Translations under genes and position numbers: made by a program
Shown here: positions 57,615-64,000 of the stretch, piece after piece
Numbering within the stretch: position 1 is the first letter of the stretch
How the letters are laid out: each line of letters begins with the position of its first letter
From: Dendrobates tinctorius
Taxonomy: Eukaryota
Assembly: GCF_039654945.1 (NCBI RefSeq)
Contig: NW_027361819.1
Span: 4,588,001 to 4,652,000, forward strand
Length of the DNA stretch: 64,000 nt
Reading direction: 5' to 3'
Notes under the pieces: generated by a model
What the model saw: the letters and a program-made list of their open reading frames with translations, nothing else
What the model was told of the DNA's origin: nothing
Database searches by the model: none

Positions 57615-60600
57615 AGGCCTTGATTCTAGGTACGAGGGAAGTAGCCGGCACTTAGCACAATATTGAAGAGTTTAACCATTGCGGCCTGTATTTCTGGTGG
57701 GCTGTACTTTAGCATTTCTGGTGGGATTCCATCCAGGCCTCCAGCTTGTCTACATCTTATGGAAGAGATTCTCTCTGCTACTTCCTGTAATGTAATAGGT
57801 GCATCCACGGGGTTTTGGAAATTTTTTACTTTTTCCTCCATTGCTTTTAGTTTTGCCATTATGCTTTCCTGTTCTTGGCTTAGTTCTTCCTTTGGAATGT
57901 CTTTATAGAGGTCTCTGAAGTACTGGAGCCAGATGTTGCCATTTTGGATATGGATGTTGTTTTTCTTGTCTTTTGTGCCCATGTGGTTCCATAGTTCCCA
58001 GAAGGAGTTGTCTTGGAGGGCATCTTGGAGTTGGATAAGCTTGGTAGAGATGTAACTCTGCTTCTTCCTCCTGAGGATGGTTTTGTACTGCCTCTGTATG
58101 GTGTCATAGGCTTCCCTCAGACCCGGGTGGTTGGGGTCTCTGTGTTTCTTGTTTGAGGCTGTTCTCAGGGTCTTCCGTACGGCTTTACATTCTCTGTCAA
58201 ACCATCCATTGATCTGTTTTTCTTTTGGTCTCTTGTAGTTGACTTTTTTAAGGTCGGACAGTCTGGCCATTGCATAGAATATATTGTTGAGGTCTTTGGC
58301 AGCTTGACTCACTCCCTTTGGGTTAGGCTGGTACTCGTAGTTGTAGAAGTGGTGGAGCATCCGCTGTATTTCAGGTCTGCTGGGAGCCTCTTTATACTTT
58401 AATGCCGACATTTTGTGCCATTTATAGGATGGAGGCCGGGTGAAGAGGCCGCTCTGCTGAGGCTTTTGAGTGGATGGTTTCTCTGTAGATTTCAGGTACA
58501 GAAGAAGTTGGTTGTGGTCTGACAGGTGCGTTTGTGGGGAGACTATGAAGGCGCTGATATTTGCCAGGTTCATATCTGTAATGGCATAATCTACGACACT
58601 CCTCCCTACATGGGAGTTTAGTGTGCACCTCCCTAAGGTGTCTCCTTTGGTTCGTCCGTTAAGAATATGAAGTCCTAAACTTCTGCATACGTTCAGGAGC
58701 TTTTTACCACTTTTGTTGACTGTACTGTCATAGCTGTTTCTCTCTGTGACTACTGAGTCTTGGCCATTATTCTCTGCTCCAAATATGTAGATGTTCCCAT
58801 CCGTGGTCAGGAAGTCGTTTTCTCTCCCTGTTCTTGCATTGAGGTCTCCAAAGATGAGAACTTTGCCCAGGCCCTGATAGTGGGCGGCTTCTCTTTGTAA
58901 GATCTCGAAGCAGTCTGGATTGAAGTAGGGTGACTCTGGCGGTGGTATATAGGTGGCGCAGAGGTGGACATCAGACTGAGAGGTGAGGATGGAGCTGCTG
59001 ATCCTGATCCATATGTGGCTGCCTCCTCTCTTCACCGGTTTGATGTACTGGTGGAGCTCCTCTTTATGCCAGATCAGTATTCCTCCTGAGCTCCGGCCCT
59101 GTTTGATGTTTTTATTTTTCAGGGCAGGGACAGAGATTTCCCTGTATCCGATGGGCACCAGAGATTCGTCTTCGGCTCTCGTCCATGTTTCCAGGAGGAT
59201 CTGAATGTCTATATTTCTCAGTCTTTCTATAAAGTCAGGGTCATTTGTTTTACATCCAAAGGCCGAGGTGTTGAGACCCTGAATATTCCAGCTGCTGATT
59301 GTAAGTGAGGTCATTTTTCTATATATCTTGGGTGTATATACCTTGTAATGAGTATGGCTGTGTAGGACACACCGGATCTCTGTTTTGTTGATGTGCTTGG
59401 TTCCGTCCAGTCACATTAGTTTCCTGCATAGTGCACTGAGCAGGTTTGTTATCTCATCCATATCTCTGCATGTATCTGTGTGTGGTCGGTGGACTCCTCC
59501 GTGGAGGTCTCCTCCTCTGATGGTCTGATTTTGGGTGAAGAGCTTTGTTTCCAGCTTCTGGAGACAGGATTGGGGTTTTCGGCCTTTTTATTGTTCGGGG
59601 TCTTTCAGTGTGATTCTGGTCACTGTTGAGTCCAGGCCTCGGTCCTCTGTTCAGTACAATGTCAGCTCTTTGGCCAGGAGGCTGACCCCTTGTTTGTTGA
59701 GGTGCTTATTATCATACAGGTGATGGTGGGTTATGGAAAGGTGTGGTGCCAGGGTCACGTTTGGAACAGTCTTGACCCTTTCTGTCAGTTCCATATTGAT
59801 GCTTTGGGTGGTTTGCCTGGATATGTCCTTTGTTGGGAGCAGAGATGACAGAATGATTTTGCTGTCTGGGAATTTTAGTTTTGCCGTCTTTGCTAATTGG
59901 ATAAGTTGTCCTGCGATCTGCTGGTGCTGGTCTGGCAGATTGTACCCGTGTGTATGGTGATATGGTTTGGGTTGGTAAACCGTGGATTACTGATGACCTC
60001 TGTCACCTGTTCAATAGTTGCACAGCGAACTTTTGGGGCCCGTTTTCGGAGAATAGCCGTTGTGTATTTAGGTACTTCCCATTTGAGTCCATTATTAGGA
60101 CAATATCAGGACTTTGTGGTGTCTGGGGTGGGCTGAGTGGCTGCTGATGGGGGTCTGTGATGCTGGCTTTGCTGGTGGTTGGTTCTCTTCTCTCTTCCAT
60201 CTCTCTGGTTTCTGGTTCACTTTTATTGGTTTCAGGATTGGTCGTATTGGTTATTGTTGTGCTGTTATTTGGCATCTCCACATTCTGGTCGGTGGAGGCC
60301 ATGTTGTCTGCTCTCAGGTTTGTTTCCATTGCCCCCTGCTGGGTCAGATGTCCAGGGGTCTGTGTTTTTAGTTCTGCAATCTCCTTTCTGAGTCTTTCAT
60401 TGTCATTTTGCAATTCACGCATTTCTTCTCATTTTCTGTAGAGCTGACTTGTACTCGCATTTCAGTTTATTGATCTCTATATCCCCCATCCAGACTCCTG
60501 AGACCGCTCTGCTCCCATCCTGACTCCTCTGTCCTCTCCACCCCCCCATGTACCCCCATCTAGACTCCTGAGACTCCTCTGCTCCCATCCTGACTCCTCT

Positions 60601-63600
60601 GTCCTCTCCCCCCCCATGTACCCCCATTCAGACTCCTGAAACTCCTCTGCTCCCATCCTGACTCCTCCATCCTCTCCACCCCCCATGTACCCTTCCATCC
60701 AGACTCCTGAGACCCCTCTGCTCCCATCCTGACTCCTCTGTCCTCTCCACTCCCCATGTACCCCTCATTCAGACTACTGAGACCCCTCTGTTCCCATCCT
60801 GACTCCTCCATCCTCTCCACCCCCCATGTACCCTTCCATCCAGACTCCTGAGACCCCTCTGCTCCCATCCTGACTCCTCTGTCCTCTCCACACCCCATGT
60901 ATCCCCCATCCAGACTCCTGAGACTCCTCTGCTCCCATCCTGACTCCCCATCCTCTCCACCCCCCATGTACCCTTCCATCCAGACTCCTGAGACCCCTCT
61001 GCTCCCATCCTGACTCCTCTGTCCTCTCCACACCCCATGTACCCCCCATTCAGACTCCTGAGACCGCTCTGCTCCCATCAATGACTCCTCTGTCCTCTCC
61101 ACACCCCATGTACCCCCCATTCGGACTCCTGAGACCCCTCTGCTCCCATCCTCACTCCTCTGTCCTCTCCACTCCCCATGTACCCCTCATTCAGACTCCT
61201 GAGACCCCTCTGTTCCCATCCTGACTCCTCTGTCCTCTCCACCCCCCATGTACCCCCATCCAGACTCCTGGCACCCCTCTGCTCACATCCTGACTCCTCT
61301 GTCCTCTCCACCCCCCATGTACCCCCATCCAGACTCCTGAGACCCCTCTGCTCCCATCCTGACTCCTCTGTCCTCTCCACCCCCATGTACCCCCACTCAG
61401 ACTCCTGAGACCCCTCTGTTCCCATCCTGGCTCCTCTGTCCTCTCCACCCCCCATGTACTCCCACCCAGACTCATGAGACCCCTCTGCTCCCATCCTGAC
61501 TCCTCTGTCCTCTCCACCCCCCATGTACCCCCCATCCAGACTCCTGAGACCCCTCTGCTCCCATCCTGACTCCTCTGTCCTCTCCACCCCCCATGTACCC
61601 CCACTCAGACTCCTGAGAACCCTCTGTTCCCATCCTGGCTCCTCTGTCCTCTCCACCCCCCATGTACTCCCACCCAGACTCATGAGACCCCTCTGCTCCC
61701 ATCCTGACTCCTCTGTCCTCTCCACCCCCCATGTACCCCCCACCCAGACTCCTGAGACCCCTCTGTTCCCATCCTGACTCCTCTGTCCTCTCCCACCCAT
61801 GTACCCCCCACCCAGACTCCTGAGACCCCTCTGCTCCCATCTTGACTCTTCTGTCCTCTCCCCCCATGTACCCCCCCATCCAGACTCCTGAGACCCCTCT
61901 GCTCACATCCTGACTCCTCTGTCCTCTCCACCCTCATATACCCCCACCCAGACTCCTGAGACCCTTCTGCTCCCATCTTGAGTCCTCTGTCCTCTCCCCC
62001 CCATATACCCCCTCCCAGACTCCTGAGACCCCTCTGCTCCCATCCTGACTCCTCTGTCCTCTCCACCCCCCATGTACCCCCACTCAGACTCCTGAGACCC
62101 CTCTGTTCCCATCCTGGCTCCTCAGTCCTCTCCACCCCCCATGTACTCCACCCCAGACTCATGAGACCCCTCTGCTCCCATCCTGACTCCTCTGTCCTCT
62201 CCACCCCCCATGTACCCCCATCCAGACTCCTGAGACCCCTCTGCTCCTATCCTGACTCCTCTGTCCTCTCCACCCCCATGTACCCCCACTCAGACTCCTG
62301 AGAACCCCCTGTTCCCATCCTGGCTCCTCTGTCCTCTCCACCCCCCATGTACTCTCACCCAGACTCCTGAGACCCCTCTGCTCCCATCCTGACTCCTCTG
62401 CCCTCTCCACCCCCATGTACCCCCCACCCAGACTCCTGAGACCCCTCTGCGCCCATCCTGACTCCTCTGTCCTCTCCCACCCATGTACCCCTCCTCCAGA
62501 CTCCTGAGACCCCTCTGTTCCCATCCTGACTCCTCTGTCCTCTCCACCCCCATGTACCCCCATCCAGACTCCTGAGACCCCTCTGATCCCATCCTGACTC
62601 TTCTGTCCTCTCCCCCCCATGTACCCCCCATCCAGACTCCTGAGACCCCTCTGCTCACATCCTGACTCCTCTGTCCTCTCCACCCCCATGTACCCCCACC
62701 CAGACTCCTGAGAACCCTCTGTTCCCATCCTGGCTCCTCTGTCCTCTCCACCCCCCATGTACTCCCACCCAGACTCATGAGACCCCTCTGCTCCCATCCT
62801 GACTCCTCTGTCCTCTCCACCCCCCATGTACCCCCCATCCAGACTCCTGAGACCCCTCTGCTCACATCCTGACTCCTCTGTCCTCTCCACCCCCCATGTA
62901 CCCCCCATCCAGATTCCTGAGACACTTCTGCTCCCATCTTGAATCCTCTGTCCTCTCCCACCCATTTACCCCTCATTCAAACTCCTGAGACCCCTCTGCT
63001 CCCATCCTGACTCCTCTGTCCTCTCCCACCCATGTACCCCTCATTCAGACTCCTGAGACCGCTCTGCTCCCATCACTGACTCTTCTGTCCTCTCCACACC
63101 CTATGTATCCCCCATCCAGACTCCTGAGACCCCTCTGCTCCCATCCTGACTCTTCTGTCCTCTCCCACCATGTACCCCCCATCCAGACTCCTGAGACCCC
63201 TCTGCTCCCATCCTGACTCCTCTGTCCTCTCCACCCCCATGTACCCCCACCTAGACTCCTGAGACCCCTCTGCTCCCATCCTGACTCCTCTGTCCTCTCC
63301 ACCCCCATGTACCCCTCATTCAAACTCCTGAGACCCCTCTGCTCCCATCCTGACTCCTCTGTCCTCTCCACACCCCTTTGTACCCCCATACAGACTCCTG
63401 AGACCCCTCTGCTCCCATCCTTACTCCTCTGTCCTCTCCCACCCATGTACCCTCATTCAAACTCCTGAGACCTCTCTGCTCCCATCCTGACTCTGTCCTC
63501 TCCACACCCCAATGTACCCCCCTCCTGACTCCTGAGAACCCTCTGCTCCCATCCTGACTCCTCTGTCCTCTCCACCCCCCATGTACCCTTCCATCCAGAC

Positions 63601-64000
63601 TCCTGAGACCCCTCTGTTCCCATCCTGACTCCTCTGTTCTCACCACTCCCCTATATATCCTCTTCCAGACTCCTGAGACCCCTCTACTCCCATCCTGACT
63701 CCTCTGTCCTCTCCACACCCCATATGTGCCCCCCATCCAGACTCCTGAGACCCCTCTGTTCCCATCCTGACTCCTCTGTCCTCTCCACCCCCCATGTACC
63801 CCCATCCAGACTCCTGAGACCCCTCTGTTCCCATCCTGACTCCTCCCTCTCCACCCCCATGTACCCCCCATCCAGACTCCTGAGACCCTTCTGCTCCCAT
63901 CTTGAATCCTCTGTCCTCTCCCATCCATATACCCCCACCCAGACTCCTGAGACCCCTCTTGCTCCCATCCTGACTCCTCTATCCTCTCCCACCCATGTAC

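Larger units (their letters stand above)
55178..60476 (-). mobile_element. Inactive, 5'-truncated non-LTR retrotransposon, probably RTE-X clade (ORF1 esterase remnant; ORF2 APE-RT-zinc knuckle)
   Basis: ORF1 remnants: coiled coil, LIMDSNG and YDNKHL (SGNH-like). ORF2 from 59314: SWNIQGL, GDLNART, VVDY, SDH (AP endonuclease); GVRQGCSLSPTLF and YADD (RT); LAIESSRH..REERLCQHC..EDETHFLLHC. AATAAA near the 3' end. ctatat is duplicated at 55172-55177 and 60477-60482. Disabled by a stop, frameshifts and an insertion. The clade call is from motif recall. Confidence 0.85.
51465..64000. repeat. 69/70-bp pyrimidine-rich satellite, split by a LINE and running off the window end
   Basis: Unit cagactcctgagacccctctgctcccatcctgactcctctgtcctctccacaccccatgtacccccact at 51465-55177 and 60477-64000. 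Confidence 0.96.

Noticed and set aside
1-64000. CRISPR-like arrays
   Set aside because: Eukaryotic DNA. Repeats are head-to-tail with no unique spacers and there are no cas genes.

Overview
Vertebrate genomic DNA, most likely a frog (inferred from T2/Kolobok-type TTAA MITEs, Harbinger MITEs, a Penelope fragment and the protein divergence). It carries three intact genes in the arrangement known from human 16p11.2. ZNF646 (minus, one ~5.9-kb coding exon) is head-to-head with ZNF668 (plus, 16 C2H2 fingers) across a ~0.7-kb bidirectional promoter. Syntaxin-4 (minus, 10 coding exons, 294 aa, all splice sites GT-AG) lies tail-to-tail with ZNF668. About half the window is ~18 mostly unrelated GC-skewed minisatellites in introns and intergenic DNA, and nearly all long ORFs in the track are artefacts of them. 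Several arrays visibly grew from local sequence. A 9-kb 27-bp array in STX4 intron 1 multimerises the ACTACAnnTCCC (ZNF143/THAP11) motif, a 33-bp array amplifies the PTVKHGGGS segment of a dead Tc1 transposase, and a 43-bp G-quadruplex array sits inside a non-autonomous Helitron. The G/C skew of the arrays flips at both promoters. Mobile elements also include a 5'-truncated CR1 inside a 38-bp array, an RTE-X-like LINE inside a 69/70-bp array (itself interrupted by an inverted Penelope pseudo-LTR with a minimal hammerhead remnant) and several MITEs. Coordinates were read by eye and copy numbers are estimates.
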